Shown here in pieces: positions 30,288-40,800 of a DNA stretch of 64,000 bases. The translations under genes and the position numbers were made by a program. Every line of letters starts with the position of its first letter. Positions within the stretch are counted from its first letter, which is position 1. Below the pieces are notes generated by a model. The model was not told where the DNA came from. It made no database searches and worked only from the letters and a program-made list of their open reading frames with translations. The DNA comes from an uncultured Candidatus Saccharibacteria bacterium (lineage in GTDB: Bacteria > Patescibacteriota > Saccharimonadia > Saccharimonadales > AWTP1-31): positions 19,101 to 83,100 of the forward strand of contig CAZXTE010000001.1 of the NCBI GenBank assembly GCA_964643545.1. The letters are read 5' to 3'.

Positions 30288-30527
30288 GTGTGCTCCTGTT
30301 GTCGTTTTTAGTAACGTGAAATTAACAATGTTTACCCCACAAATTCTAGCAAGTTTTCCACTGGTCGCCAACTACTTTCCACAGATTTCAAGATGGAGCA
30401 TTGCCCTGTGTACAAATATTCATCTGTTAGGCGCAATTCATTTAGAAATCACCTTTCGCAATTGTTTTCTTGTGGAAAACTTTTCTTCAATCCTCTAGAA
30501 TACGACTACGAAACCAAAGGAGAGGGC
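30288..30527. promoter_or_regulatory. rpmH-dnaA intergenic region with DnaA-box-like motifs (dnaA promoter / origin-flanking cluster)
   Basis: TTACCCCACA at 30332-30341, TTTTCCAC at 30354-30361, TTTCCACA at 30376-30383 and inverted TGTGGAAAA at 30471-30479. All are degenerate versions of TTATCCACA. Confidence 0.45.
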
Positions 30528-31904
30528 GTGAACGACGGGTTGTGGCAAGCCGTACTTGGTGAGATCGAACTTTCTGTGTCGAGAGCTAGTTTTATTACTT
30601 GGTTCAAAAACACACACCTTGTTCGGTACAAAAAAGGGGTCTTGGTTGTTGGCGTGCCTAATGTTTTTATAAAGAATCAGCTGGAACGCAAGTTTAACCA
30701 ACTGATCGTTGATGCCCTCAAAAACAATGGGGTAACCCCCGACACTATCCAATACAAGGTTTACTCGTCAGGCTTGCAAAGAAAGATTGTGGACGACCCG
30801 ATGGTTATCCAGGCATCACCGCGGGACGACGAGCAAGCAAACCAAACCGGCGGGACGCCACGATCTAGTTCGCTTCGGCATAGTTACCGCCAAGGCCTAA
30901 ACGAACGCTATACGTTCGAAAACTTTATTGTTGGTTCGGGCAACGAACTCGCCTATGCTGCCTGCCAAGCCATAGCCACGAGCCCCGGCACAAAGTACAA
31001 CCCCTTGTTCTTGTATGGTGGTGTTGGTATTGGCAAAACCCACCTTATCCAGGCGGTCGGTAACGCCGTACTAGCCAACAATCCAAAAGCTCACGTTGTC
31101 TATATATCTACCGAGCAGTTTGTCCAAGAATTCTTGGACGCCATCCGCTACAAGAAAAATACCGACTTTGCGGGTTTTTATAGAAGCGCTGATGTGTTGA
31201 TTGTTGATGACATGCAGTTTATTGCCAACAAAGAAAAGACCCAGGAAGAGTTTTTTCACACCTTTAACGCACTCCACCAGGCCAACAAGCAGATCATTAT
31301 TAGCAGCGACAAGCCGCCAAAGGAGATACCCACCTTGGAGGACCGCCTACGATCTCGTTTTGCTTGGGGTATGAGCATTGACATGCAAACTCCGGACTTT
31401 GAGACGCGCTGCGCCATTATCCAAACCAAGGCGATCGTACACAACATCACGTTGCCGCCAGATGTAGTGGAATACCTAGCGACACATATCCAAACAAACA
31501 TCCGCGAACTCGAAGGCGCGCTGAACCAATTGTTGGCCTTTTGCGAGATGCGCGGGCTAGCACCGGACTTACATTTGGCAACCGGCCTTCTTGGAGCAAG
31601 CAAAAACCGTCCGAAACATTTGAATGCTAAGCAAATTGTCGAACGTACCGCTAAGCACTTCCAGGTTTCTTTGGATGATATCTTAGGACCAAAGCGAGAC
31701 AAAGACATTGTGGTGCCCAGGCAAATCGCTATGTATATGCTACGAAGCGAACTCCATTTGAGCTTCCCGAAAATCGCGAAAGAACTTGGTCGAAAAGATC
31801 ACACGACTGCCATCCATTCTGTTGAAAAAATCGAAAAAGAGTCGTCGCTCGATGCGAATATTCGTGCGGCAATTTCCGAAATTAAAGAGCGTTTGTATGC
31901 GTAA
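30528..31904 (+). CDS. dnaA: chromosomal replication initiator protein DnaA
   Basis: The GTG at 30528 is preceded by AAAGGAGAGGG. N-terminus is LWQAVLGEIELSVS. Walker A GGVGIGKTHL and Walker B LIVDDMQF. C-terminal DNA-binding region ..GRKDHTTAIHSVEKI. Confidence 0.9.
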   Translation: MNDGLWQAVLGEIELSVSRASFITWFKNTHLVRYKKGVLVVGVPNVFIKNQLERKFNQLIVDALKNNGVTPDTIQYKVYSSGLQRKIVDDPMVIQASPRDDEQANQTGGTPRSSSLRHSYRQGLNERYTFENFIVGSGNELAYAACQAIATSPGTKYNPLFLYGGVGIGKTHLIQAVGNAVLANNPKAHVVYISTEQFVQEFLDAIRYKKNTDFAGFYRSADVLIVDDMQFIANKEKTQEEFFHTFNALHQANKQIIISSDKPPKEIPTLEDRLRSRFAWGMSIDMQTPDFETRCAIIQTKAIVHNITLPPDVVEYLATHIQTNIRELEGALNQLLAFCEMRGLAPDLHLATGLLGASKNRPKHLNAKQIVERTAKHFQVSLDDILGPKRDKDIVVPRQIAMYMLRSELHLSFPKIAKELGRKDHTTAIHSVEKIEKESSLDANIRAAISEIKERLYA

Positions 31905-32159
31905 TACATGTGCACAAGTTGTTCATAGTATAGGCACAACTTTGTATAACTTTGGGGGTTACCCACAGCACAAAATTGGTCAGTTTTTTCACACCTCTTT
32001 GTACACTTTTTGTACTCGATTTGTACGTTGTTTATACACGCAATTTTTTGAAGTTCTAAACAGGCATTTTTATCTGTTAGTTACCGCCTTATACCCACAA
32101 TACACAGGGCTTACTATAACTACTACTACCTATTAATTAATAACAATATAAGGAACCAT
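31905..32159. promoter_or_regulatory. candidate oriC (dnaA-dnaN intergenic) with DnaA-box-like motifs and an AT-rich tract
   Basis: TTACCCACA at 31959-31967, TTATACAC at 32032-32039 and TTATACCCACA at 32089-32099. AT-rich CTATTAATTAATAACAATATAA at 32130-32151, just before dnaN. Confidence 0.5.
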
Positions 32160-33251
32160 ATGAAGCTCCAAGTAACACAAGAAAACTTATCAAAAGCAGT
32201 CAGCACAGTAGGTCGTGTTGCAAATACAAGAAACACTCTCCCTATACTCTCTAACATTATGTTGAAGACGGTTGGTACACGACTTGCAATCTCTGCAACA
32301 AATTTAGAAATTGGTATAACCCATTACATCGGTTCGAAGGTTGGGGAAAAAGGAAGTATCACCGTACCTGCCCGCCTCATGCAGGATTTTGTAAGTAGCC
32401 TACCAAGTGGTGTTATTGATTTAACACTAGACGAATATAAACTTCACATCACGACTGATAAGTACAACTCAGTGATTAATGGTGTTTCAGCAGAAGAATT
32501 CCCGGTCATGCCAACTATAGAAGGTGGAGAAAAATGGTCACTCCCCTCACATGTTCTAAAACGAGGACTACAACAAATTTTAATAGCCGCGAGTAACGAC
32601 GAAGCAAGACCGGTTTTGACAGGTGTGTACATGCAAACCAACAATGGCAAGTTATTCGCTGCAGCAACAGATAGTTATCGTCTTGCTGAAAAAAACCTGG
32701 GCAAAACAACCGAAAAAGTAAACCTACTTATACCGGCATCTTCCCTGCAAGACCTACTACGAATCCTACCCGATGGTGAAGAATTGGTTGAAATAACAAA
32801 CGATGACCAGCAAATTTTGTTTAAAGTCGGTGAAGTTGAGTTGGTAACCAGGCTTATAGAGGGTGTATACCCGGACTACCAAAAACTTATCCCAAAGACA
32901 TTTGCGAACACTGCAAAAATAAGTAAGACTGACCTCGTAAACATCACAAAAGTTTCTAGTCTGTTTGCTCGAGAAAGTGCCGGCAGTGTAACTGTGCAAC
33001 TAGACGATACACAGAAGCAGATTAGTATACGAGCGGTCGCTTCACAATTGGGCGAGAACACTGCTACCGCTGATGCTGACGTAGTTGGTGACGGTGGTAT
33101 AACGCTGAACAGTAAGTATATATTGGACGCACTTGCTGTTATGAGTAGTGACACAGTCGAACTGTGTTTTAACGGCAAACTAGAACCTTGTGTGCTGCGA
33201 GAATCCGACAAGAACGACTACACGCACGTCATTATGCCATTAAAGAGCTGA
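32160..33251 (+). CDS. dnaN: DNA polymerase III beta sliding clamp
   Basis: 363 aa with a typical MKL.v....L...v..v N-terminus and a three-domain length. AAGGAA RBS. dnaA-dnaN-recF synteny. Confidence 0.9.
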   Translation: MKLQVTQENLSKAVSTVGRVANTRNTLPILSNIMLKTVGTRLAISATNLEIGITHYIGSKVGEKGSITVPARLMQDFVSSLPSGVIDLTLDEYKLHITTDKYNSVINGVSAEEFPVMPTIEGGEKWSLPSHVLKRGLQQILIAASNDEARPVLTGVYMQTNNGKLFAAATDSYRLAEKNLGKTTEKVNLLIPASSLQDLLRILPDGEELVEITNDDQQILFKVGEVELVTRLIEGVYPDYQKLIPKTFANTAKISKTDLVNITKVSSLFARESAGSVTVQLDDTQKQISIRAVASQLGENTATADADVVGDGGITLNSKYILDALAVMSSDTVELCFNGKLEPCVLRESDKNDYTHVIMPLKS

Positions 33252-33284
33252 GGGAGGCCCTACGATGGCCTACAATACTAGGTG

Positions 33285-34355
33285 ATGGCAATCGTTAGTC
33301 TGCAACTAGAAAACTTTCGTACATACTACCGGGATAGTTTCGAATTCTCGGAAGGGGTTAGTATTATTGTTGGTCCAAATGCCAGCGGTAAAACCAATCT
33401 TCTGGAAGCTATACTACTGCTCTGTGAAGGCCAATCGTTTCGCGCCAAAGATCACGAACTTATTAGCCACGAAAAAGACTATGCCCGAATTGAAGGTTTG
33501 GTGGGTATAGATAAGCGCATTGTTTTGATAGAGCACGATGGGATAGAGCGAAGCACAAAAACACACCAGATAAACACCCAAAACCTAAAACGTTTACCAC
33601 CAGCAAAACGAGTGCCGGTGGTGCTGTTCGAGCCGGAAATTTTACAGCTTTTCCAGGGTGGACCCGAAAAACGAAGAGAGTATATAGATAGTCTGATTAG
33701 CCGGACTACCCCAGGATTCAACACAATACTGCGTCAGTACAGGCGGGTCTTAAGCCAACGAAACGCGTTGCTAAAAAGGCAGCAAGCACCAAAGCAGGAA
33801 GAGTTCTTTGCCTGGGATGTCCGACTAAGTGAATTGGGTGGTCAGATTGCCACTGCGCGCAATCAGCTCATCGACAATCTCAACAGCTCAATAAATGAGG
33901 AGTATCAGAAGATAGCTAGCAAGAACAATAATGTGAGCCTTGAGTATCTCTCTAAAATATCGTCATTGTCGTATAACACCAAAATGCTCCACATGCTCGA
34001 GCAGGTATTCCAAACCGATCGGGAACGGGGGTATACAAGTGTCGGGCCTCACAGAGACGACTTGCAAGTGCTTTTTGATGGTAAAGATGCGAAACAGGTA
34101 GCCTCCCGCGGCGAGATGAGATCATTGGTGTTAACACTAAAGATACTTGAGCTAAAGATCGTAGAAGAGGCAGCCCAAAAGCAACCAATACTACTACTCG
34201 ACGATGTGTTTAGCGAACTTGATGGTGCTCGCCGCAAGGCCCTGACAGAATCAATACAACAATACCAAACCTTTATTACGACCACAGACGCAGACCTAAT
34301 CGTGAAGTATTTTATTGGAGCCTGCGAAATAATCCCCACTAACAGAGCAGTCTAA
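33285..34355 (+). CDS. recF: DNA replication and repair protein RecF
   Basis: Walker A GPNASGKTNLLEA, signature SRGEMRSLVLTLK and Walker B LLLDDVFSELD. Confidence 0.85.
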   Translation: MAIVSLQLENFRTYYRDSFEFSEGVSIIVGPNASGKTNLLEAILLLCEGQSFRAKDHELISHEKDYARIEGLVGIDKRIVLIEHDGIERSTKTHQINTQNLKRLPPAKRVPVVLFEPEILQLFQGGPEKRREYIDSLISRTTPGFNTILRQYRRVLSQRNALLKRQQAPKQEEFFAWDVRLSELGGQIATARNQLIDNLNSSINEEYQKIASKNNNVSLEYLSKISSLSYNTKMLHMLEQVFQTDRERGYTSVGPHRDDLQVLFDGKDAKQVASRGEMRSLVLTLKILELKIVEEAAQKQPILLLDDVFSELDGARRKALTESIQQYQTFITTTDADLIVKYFIGACEIIPTNRAV

Positions 34356-34987
34356 CGGTTGTTTATATTCCGTATGACTGACTCGGGAACTTTTGGAAAC
34401 TCTTTGATGTACAGAATGATCGTTGGACCTGCGGCAATTGACCAGGTGTTACCACTCTTCTTTAGAACAACCAACAAGATATCATCTTGTTCTGGGTCTA
34501 GCGGGAGGAGCTTCCCGGCATACCAGTCACCTCGCAGATAAAGCTTCCCATCGGAAATAGTGTATTTTGAGATATCATCGAAGTCGCTACGTATAACAGA
34601 CTCCACTGCAGACTTTTGAGGAACGAGCATTTCTTGCAAACGACTGTCGCTATACGAAAGTTCGGGGGTTTGAACGGTAGTTTTAGAGCTAATATTCAGT
34701 TGCTTGGATTCTGTTTTATACACACCACCACTAAAGACTGCGTTGTAATATCCTTTGGAGACTCTGACCGTTGTTTTCTCCTGAGTACGTACGATCTCTT
34801 TGGTGCTGGCTGGGTAGTTGGTGCCAGACTGGGTTAGTGTAATGGTTGTCCCTTGCTCTGGGATCAGAGTGACGCGCTTAAGGCCAAAGAAATATCGAAA
34901 ACCAAACCAGGCAACAAGCCCAAAAACCAACACAATAGCACCGAACGTTACCAGGCGCTTAATTTGAATTCGGGGTGGCTCTTCCAT
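34352..34987 (-). CDS. bitopic membrane protein, unknown function (distal gene of the T4SS-like operon)
   Basis: 211 aa. It has a single N-terminal TM (LVTFGAIVLVFGLVAWFGF) and a beta-rich ectodomain. 4-nt tail-to-tail overlap with recF. Confidence 0.6.
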   Translation of the reverse strand: MEEPPRIQIKRLVTFGAIVLVFGLVAWFGFRYFFGLKRVTLIPEQGTTITLTQSGTNYPASTKEIVRTQEKTTVRVSKGYYNAVFSGGVYKTESKQLNISSKTTVQTPELSYSDSRLQEMLVPQKSAVESVIRSDFDDISKYTISDGKLYLRGDWYAGKLLPLDPEQDDILLVVLKKSGNTWSIAAGPTIILYIKEFPKVPESVIRNINNR

Positions 34988-34988
34988 G

Positions 34989-35387
34989 TTAGTCTCCTGA
35001 CTGAAGGTCTCTAAATATTATTTCCAAATCACTAGGGTCATAACCTTGGGAGCGTATCCAGGTTAGTGCTTCTTGCCTGGCCTGTGGATCGGGGGCTTTA
35101 ATGAGAAGCGCTACCGAATCGTTACTGTCGGGTGAGACCAATGACTTCCCGTAATCTATACGGAAGTAGAGGCCGAGTGCAGGGAGTTTATCTACGATGC
35201 TGCTTTTTGCACGGACTGCCGCATCTTTTTCTTGGTAAGACGTACCACCTGCTCTTTCTTTTTCTTGGGTGCTTTTTGTATTGTTTGTTTGGGTCCTTGT
35301 CGTCACCCCAAGAATAAGTAGCCCGAACATGACGATGCCAATAAGTACGGCTATGACAATGATTTTGCTGCGTGGGTTTTCCTGCAT
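34989..35387 (-). CDS. bitopic membrane protein, unknown function
   Basis: 132 aa. N-terminal TM (IIVIAVLIGIVMFGLLILGV), a polar linker and a small C-domain. Packed 1 nt from the next gene. Confidence 0.6.
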   Translation of the reverse strand: MQENPRSKIIVIAVLIGIVMFGLLILGVTTRTQTNNTKSTQEKERAGGTSYQEKDAAVRAKSSIVDKLPALGLYFRIDYGKSLVSPDSNDSVALLIKAPDPQARQEALTWIRSQGYDPSDLEIIFRDLQSGD

Positions 35388-35400
35388 TACTTCGTCTCCC

Positions 35401-37821
35401 TTATTTAATTCTCGCTACCGAGAAGTGATGGCCACGATCTTCCAGGTAGGCGTTACCAGCTTGTGGCGCCTGGGAGCCGAGTGAAGCCTGGCGCATGTTA
35501 TACGTGCCTCCCTGTGTCCCGACGTAGATGAATGTGTGTCCCTGGTCACCCGCTGCATAGATCAGTATGTCACCCGGCAACAGCTTGCTTGTGTCGTTTA
35601 TATCGTCAAAAACGGTGTACTTTTCGGGATGACTTCGGAGATACTCAAGTTGTGTTCCGGTGTCGACTTTCGGGTAACTCGTGTCCACCCCGCTACTGAG
35701 CATAACCGTAGCCACAAACCCACCACAGTCAGTTACGTCGGGTGTCGGATTGAATTGTTTCTTGGTATCGAGGAATTTTTGTGTTGCCGTTGCCCCATGG
35801 CCTTTGTCCGGCCACGCGAGGCTTATTGCGGTAGCCACAACATCACCCGCAACAGCAGCATTCCCCCCGGCATCAGGAGACCCTGTGCAGGTACCTGCAC
35901 TAGACCCACCACCACCCCCAACATAGTCTGCACCAATTGCAACCTTGTCGTAGTCACCCTCAGTGTCGCCAGGCCAAGCGATTTGTGGGGCGCCCGGTTT
36001 CTCATCGAGGCCGCCTAAATAGGCAAAGATAGCTCCCGCCCCCATGCGTCCGCTGTTGTCCAAGCCGTAATTACCGTATCCATAGGCGGCAGAGCCCAGA
36101 TATGCACTCCAGGTATTGAGCCATTCGTTGGCCCCAAAAGTTCCATCCTGAATGGCTGCAATAACCTCGGCACCAGTCTTCTGTGGGTTTCTTCTTGTTG
36201 CATGAAGGATAAGAACCCAGGTCGAGTAGTCGATATCTTGCACATTAGACCCATAACCACGTCTAGCTGGGGCACGTCCAGGGACTTGCTCGGGAGTATC
36301 AAAGAATCCGGGCACGCCCACATCGGCGGAATGCCACTTGTACTGCTTGCCGCCCAACTCAGCAGCAGTCGGAAGCTTCCGGCCATTAATCATAGATTGT
36401 TCTGGGTTCGAACTGCCTTCACGCCAGTGCGTTGCTGCTAGTGCCTGCCACGGCACGCCCCAACGCGCCCCAATAGACTTGTAGACAGGGATCTCCCTCA
36501 CGATATCACTTTTTATAAGTGCATCGAGTTTTGACTCTAACCCCTTGCCTTTAATCATTACATTATCGGGGTAGGTCTTGTAGCTGGCGTCAGCGGGTGT
36601 CCCTGGGTTACCGCCACCCCCGCCAGGAGCTGGCGCCCCGGGTTGGCGGATTGCATTAATACGATCCAAAGACTGCTGGATGCGCTGATTCGTTATTTTT
36701 CCTGCCTTATAGTCGGATTCAAGCCGGTCAAGCACCTTCCCAACCGATGATTCATTCACAAAAACAGCCATGTCTGCGCCTGCCGCGATCGCCATAGACG
36801 TTGCCTCCTCTACGCCGTATTTAGACTTAATGGCTTCCATGGTGCCTATGTCGTCTGTCATTGCGACACCGTTAAAGCCGTATTTATCGCGCAATAGTTT
36901 ATAGGTCTCGGGGCTCAAACTCGTTGGTATGCCACCAGTTGTTAGTCCGGGCACATTAAGGTGGCCCAGCATAACAGCAGACCTCGGGTTCTTTAGTAGT
37001 TTTTCGTAAGGCTTTAAATCCCTACCCTCCAGAGTTGCTAAGTCACTGGTTGTCACAACCTGTTTGTGCGAATCGCCATTGGCATAACCATGACCTGGGA
37101 AGTGCTTAAACACGGGCGTAAGGTTGCCTTGGCGGAGTCCTTCGGCAAACGCGCCAGACTTTTTTTCTACAACCGCAGGATCTTTCGAGAATGCCCTGTC
37201 CAAGGGGCTAATAACGGCAGAGCCACCATCGAGGTCTGCCACAGGCGCAAAATCCATGGTTAGTCCAACGGCTGCAAGCTTGTCCGCTTGGCCCTTCGCA
37301 ATGCTCTGAACTTCTGTGTCTGTTTTCGTACCCATTTCCCGAGCACTGGGCACAACGCCGAGCGGACGAAAGCGCTGTACTTTACCGCCTTCTTCGTCGG
37401 CAGCCACCAACATGGGTACAGGACCGGCTTTGAACTTATCGATCCACGTTTTATCTTTCTGCTCAAATTGTCGTCCCATCAAGAAGACTCCCCCCACATG
37501 GCTATCAATCAAGGCTTGAGCTTCTGACTCATTTGTCACAGAGACCATCAACAGTTGGGCGAGCTTCCCGCGGATGCCCCACTCAGCTGGAATTTCATAG
37601 CTGGCGCCAGTTGTTGGGCCTGTTGTTTCGCACTTCTCTTTGGCGTAGTTTGTCTTGTGGTGTTCCGTGTTTAGGAGGATGTGGTACAGATCGTCCTCGG
37701 GTATTTTTGCAGCCATTCCAAGTGGGATGATTGCTTGGAAATACAGCATGGTGAGAATGAACGACGCGCAAAAGAGGCGGAACAGGTGCTTTTTCTTCAC
37801 TATAGACATAGACATAGGCAT
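35401..37821 (-). CDS. secreted multi-domain cell-wall hydrolase: GH3 (NagZ-like) + unknown middle domain + C-terminal NlpC/P60-like cysteine peptidase
   Basis: Signal peptide. GH3 motif KHFPGHGYANGDSH. Middle region has WQALAATHWREGSSNP. The C-terminus has the Cys/His pair DCGGFVATVM ... GHTFIYVG. Start taken at ATG 37821, 7 nt after the upstream stop. Confidence 0.7.
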   Translation of the reverse strand: MPMSMSIVKKKHLFRLFCASFILTMLYFQAIIPLGMAAKIPEDDLYHILLNTEHHKTNYAKEKCETTGPTTGASYEIPAEWGIRGKLAQLLMVSVTNESEAQALIDSHVGGVFLMGRQFEQKDKTWIDKFKAGPVPMLVAADEEGGKVQRFRPLGVVPSAREMGTKTDTEVQSIAKGQADKLAAVGLTMDFAPVADLDGGSAVISPLDRAFSKDPAVVEKKSGAFAEGLRQGNLTPVFKHFPGHGYANGDSHKQVVTTSDLATLEGRDLKPYEKLLKNPRSAVMLGHLNVPGLTTGGIPTSLSPETYKLLRDKYGFNGVAMTDDIGTMEAIKSKYGVEEATSMAIAAGADMAVFVNESSVGKVLDRLESDYKAGKITNQRIQQSLDRINAIRQPGAPAPGGGGGNPGTPADASYKTYPDNVMIKGKGLESKLDALIKSDIVREIPVYKSIGARWGVPWQALAATHWREGSSNPEQSMINGRKLPTAAELGGKQYKWHSADVGVPGFFDTPEQVPGRAPARRGYGSNVQDIDYSTWVLILHATRRNPQKTGAEVIAAIQDGTFGANEWLNTWSAYLGSAAYGYGNYGLDNSGRMGAGAIFAYLGGLDEKPGAPQIAWPGDTEGDYDKVAIGADYVGGGGGSSAGTCTGSPDAGGNAAVAGDVVATAISLAWPDKGHGATATQKFLDTKKQFNPTPDVTDCGGFVATVMLSSGVDTSYPKVDTGTQLEYLRSHPEKYTVFDDINDTSKLLPGDILIYAAGDQGHTFIYVGTQGGTYNMRQASLGSQAPQAGNAYLEDRGHHFSVARIK

Positions 37822-37828
37822 GGTGTTA

Positions 37829-40800
37829 TTAGCTCCCAGTATGAGACCAATGCCATGGCTCATTCCAGTACTGCTTTAGATTATACTTTCCGGCGTTATC
37901 TATGAGCCAGTCCCACATCGGCATGCCGGGGGCAACACGAGGGTTGCTGGGGCTAGCTTTCCCACCATTTTTTGTGCCAAACTCCTCAGGGTGACCAACT
38001 CGAGTAAGCGCAAAATCTACGGCATCACCAGACTGATGTCTAGATGTTCCAGGCTTTGCGACATCGGAGTAGACGCCGTTAGGGCACTTATCATCTTTTG
38101 CGCACAGCTCTTGTTGGTGCTTCATGGTGCGAAAACTACTGGAGGCTTTGGGTGAGACGCCATCGCTCTTCATGGCGTTAAACATGTTCACCCAATCATT
38201 TGATTTGTCTGCTGCCACGAGTACGTTACCATCTGCCCCATTTACGTAATATTGACTACGCGGATTACTCTCCTCGCTTGAACTTGGGAAGCCAAGGATC
38301 GCACACAGGGTTATCTTCTTTAGAACGCCACCTTCATACCCATCGGCAAGCCCCACGTTCTTGGTGCCACTTGCACAGGTTCCGTCGCCCGTACCTCCCG
38401 TAGAGGCGGGGGGTGGTCCAAGACTCGCCACAAGAAAGTCGCTCTTTGCCAGGTATCCTGCAGCAGTATGGTGAATTTTATCTGGCGCAAACGGATACTT
38501 AGCTGGATTTTTAGCCACCTCGGCACGCCAGTCAATGGGTGTATATTTCAGGGCAGCCGCCTGGCTCGAAACTGCCGCCGCGACAGCATCGTAATTGGAA
38601 ATTTGGGTTTTTGCATTCATCCAGAATATCTTCGCCGAGGGGTTGTATTCGTGGATTTTGTCGACCATGAGTTTTATTTTGCTCGCGAACTGGGGGCTGT
38701 CTGGTCCTGGGTTTGTGCCCAGCATGACCGCTATTGTCCCGGCACGGCTAACTTCGTTTCTATCGAGGTCGATCTTTTCTAGAGATCGGTCAACGTCTAT
38801 ACCGTCGGTTGCCTGGACCTTGGTAACTTCCCACCCAGCAGTTTGCAGCTTGTTCGTTAATGAGCCTAAGTCTTTCATGCCGTTTGTCAACGAGTCGCCA
38901 ACGACGTAGACTGCATTATTGCCACCCCCACTATTTGAACCTCCGCCCCCGCTGGTGGTTTCAGATTCATAATCTTCCGGGTCGAGCACATCAGTTGTAT
39001 ATCGGCCACCAGCTGCCGCCACAGCCTTCTTATTTAGCAAGCAAGGGTTTTCCTTGGTGTGCACGTCGGTGCCCGTCTCCTTGTCCTCTATAAGCGTACC
39101 TGCAAATTCACCGCGCCCATTCGCCCAGTCTTTATCCATCTTTTCACAGACGGCGTCGGTAAGCGTGTCTGGGTCAACATCAAGTGCTGACGAATTCTTT
39201 GGAAAGCCATATTGGACGACACCAAATGGGTCAGGCTTTGCATCTGCTGCAAAGGTCTTTTTGGTGGCAAGTAAACTGCCAAAACTTTTTGACAGGCTTG
39301 TGAATGGATTTGCGAGAAGACCGGTGACGCCTGTATTGGCGGTTCTAGTCACACTGCTGGGTGTAGCCATCGCCATTTGGCTGACAAGTGATTTTGGACT
39401 CTCTGTGCTGAACATACGAGCAAAGAATGGTTGACGTTGGAATTCCTCGTTGCGCTGATTCTCTTGGTCGGCGCGAATCTCGGCTACCTGGGCGTCGGTG
39501 AGGCGTATGCCCCCCAGGCCATAGTGTGCATCATTATTCCCTGCTACATCGGCACCGCCTGCGAGCATATCGAATGTGCGGGCCCCGCTCATGTCTGCAG
39601 ACACTGGTGACGGGATTAGCCACTTCGCAATTGTTTCGAATATCTTGCCGATTTGTTCCTCAATCATCTTCTTTAGGTCAGCGTATTGAGGAAAGATCTT
39701 GCTAATTGCTGCCTCGACAGCACCTACGCCCAGATCAATGAGCTTATTGATCAAGTTAAGGATTTGTCCGATTGTGGCGTTCCATGCATCTGCCGTCTGC
39801 CCGAGCAGACTAAGTGGGGGTTGATTAAAGATGTCAGATATTTTCTGGATGACCCCATTGGTAAGCAGACTTTCCTCTGGGCAAATAAGCTTACCGGTGT
39901 CTGGCTTATTCTTATCGTCACATGTGTATTTTGGCTCTGACGCAGTGCTGCCCGTTTCTGCTGCGTATGCTTTTTGCGGCGACAGGACATCCAAAAAGGA
40001 GCTTTTTTGTATTGGTTCGCCTAGGATGTCCCCGTAGAGTGGTGCTAATTCAGCGGGTTGATTTTTGTGGTCTTTATCACCGGCGCTGTCACCCACACCA
40101 TTCGTCATGCTACCGAGCAACTCGACGTTACAATGCATGCCTTTGCACTCGTCTGCAGTTGTTCTATACAGCATGTAGGTTGCCACCATTTGCGTGCCAA
40201 TAATTTCGTATTTCCAGCGTTTCAATGCCGGCCCAGCTGACTTAGCTTTCGCGGTAATTCTGGCTGCTAGGTCAATCCAGCCAATAACAGGCAAGCCTTT
40301 CGAGGCGGCTGACCCTGCAGCCTCTCCGGCAATCTTCGCAACAACCTCTTCAACAATAAAAGCAGTTAAGCTCTTGTCTGCGAGTTTAATTGTCTTCTCA
40401 ACAATTTTTTCTACGGTCTCCTCGGTGAATTCTTTGCCAGACTTCTCAAGTGCCTCACGAATTTGTTTCTCTATTTTGTCTCTCCTCACTCCGTCATTGT
40501 CAGCTTCACCCTTCGATGCTTTGTCCGAATCACAGGCAGGATCGATGATACACTCTAATACAAAACCCAGATGTTGAGTGTAGGGTATGATGACCCGGCG
40601 ATTAATGACGAGCCTGAAGGCTCCCTTCTTTTTGTCTTTCCAGTCGTCTATGCGATCTTTTGATTTGCACGCAAAAACACACCTCCGGATGCCGTATTTT
40701 TCTTCCAGAAGTCGCCCCACCTTGAATCGGTACATAACACGCTTCCACAATGTCTCTTCTTTGAAAGACTCACGTACTTTTATGCGAACATCATTTCTGC

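Noticed and set aside
30393-30527. The longest-ORF N-terminal extension of dnaA (45 extra codons starting at ATG 30393).
   Set aside because: The extension overlaps the DnaA-box-like intergenic region and has no RBS. Its sequence is atypical (MEHCPVYKYSSVRRNSF..). GTG 30528 has a strong AAAGGAGAGGG Shine-Dalgarno and yields the canonical DnaA N-terminus.
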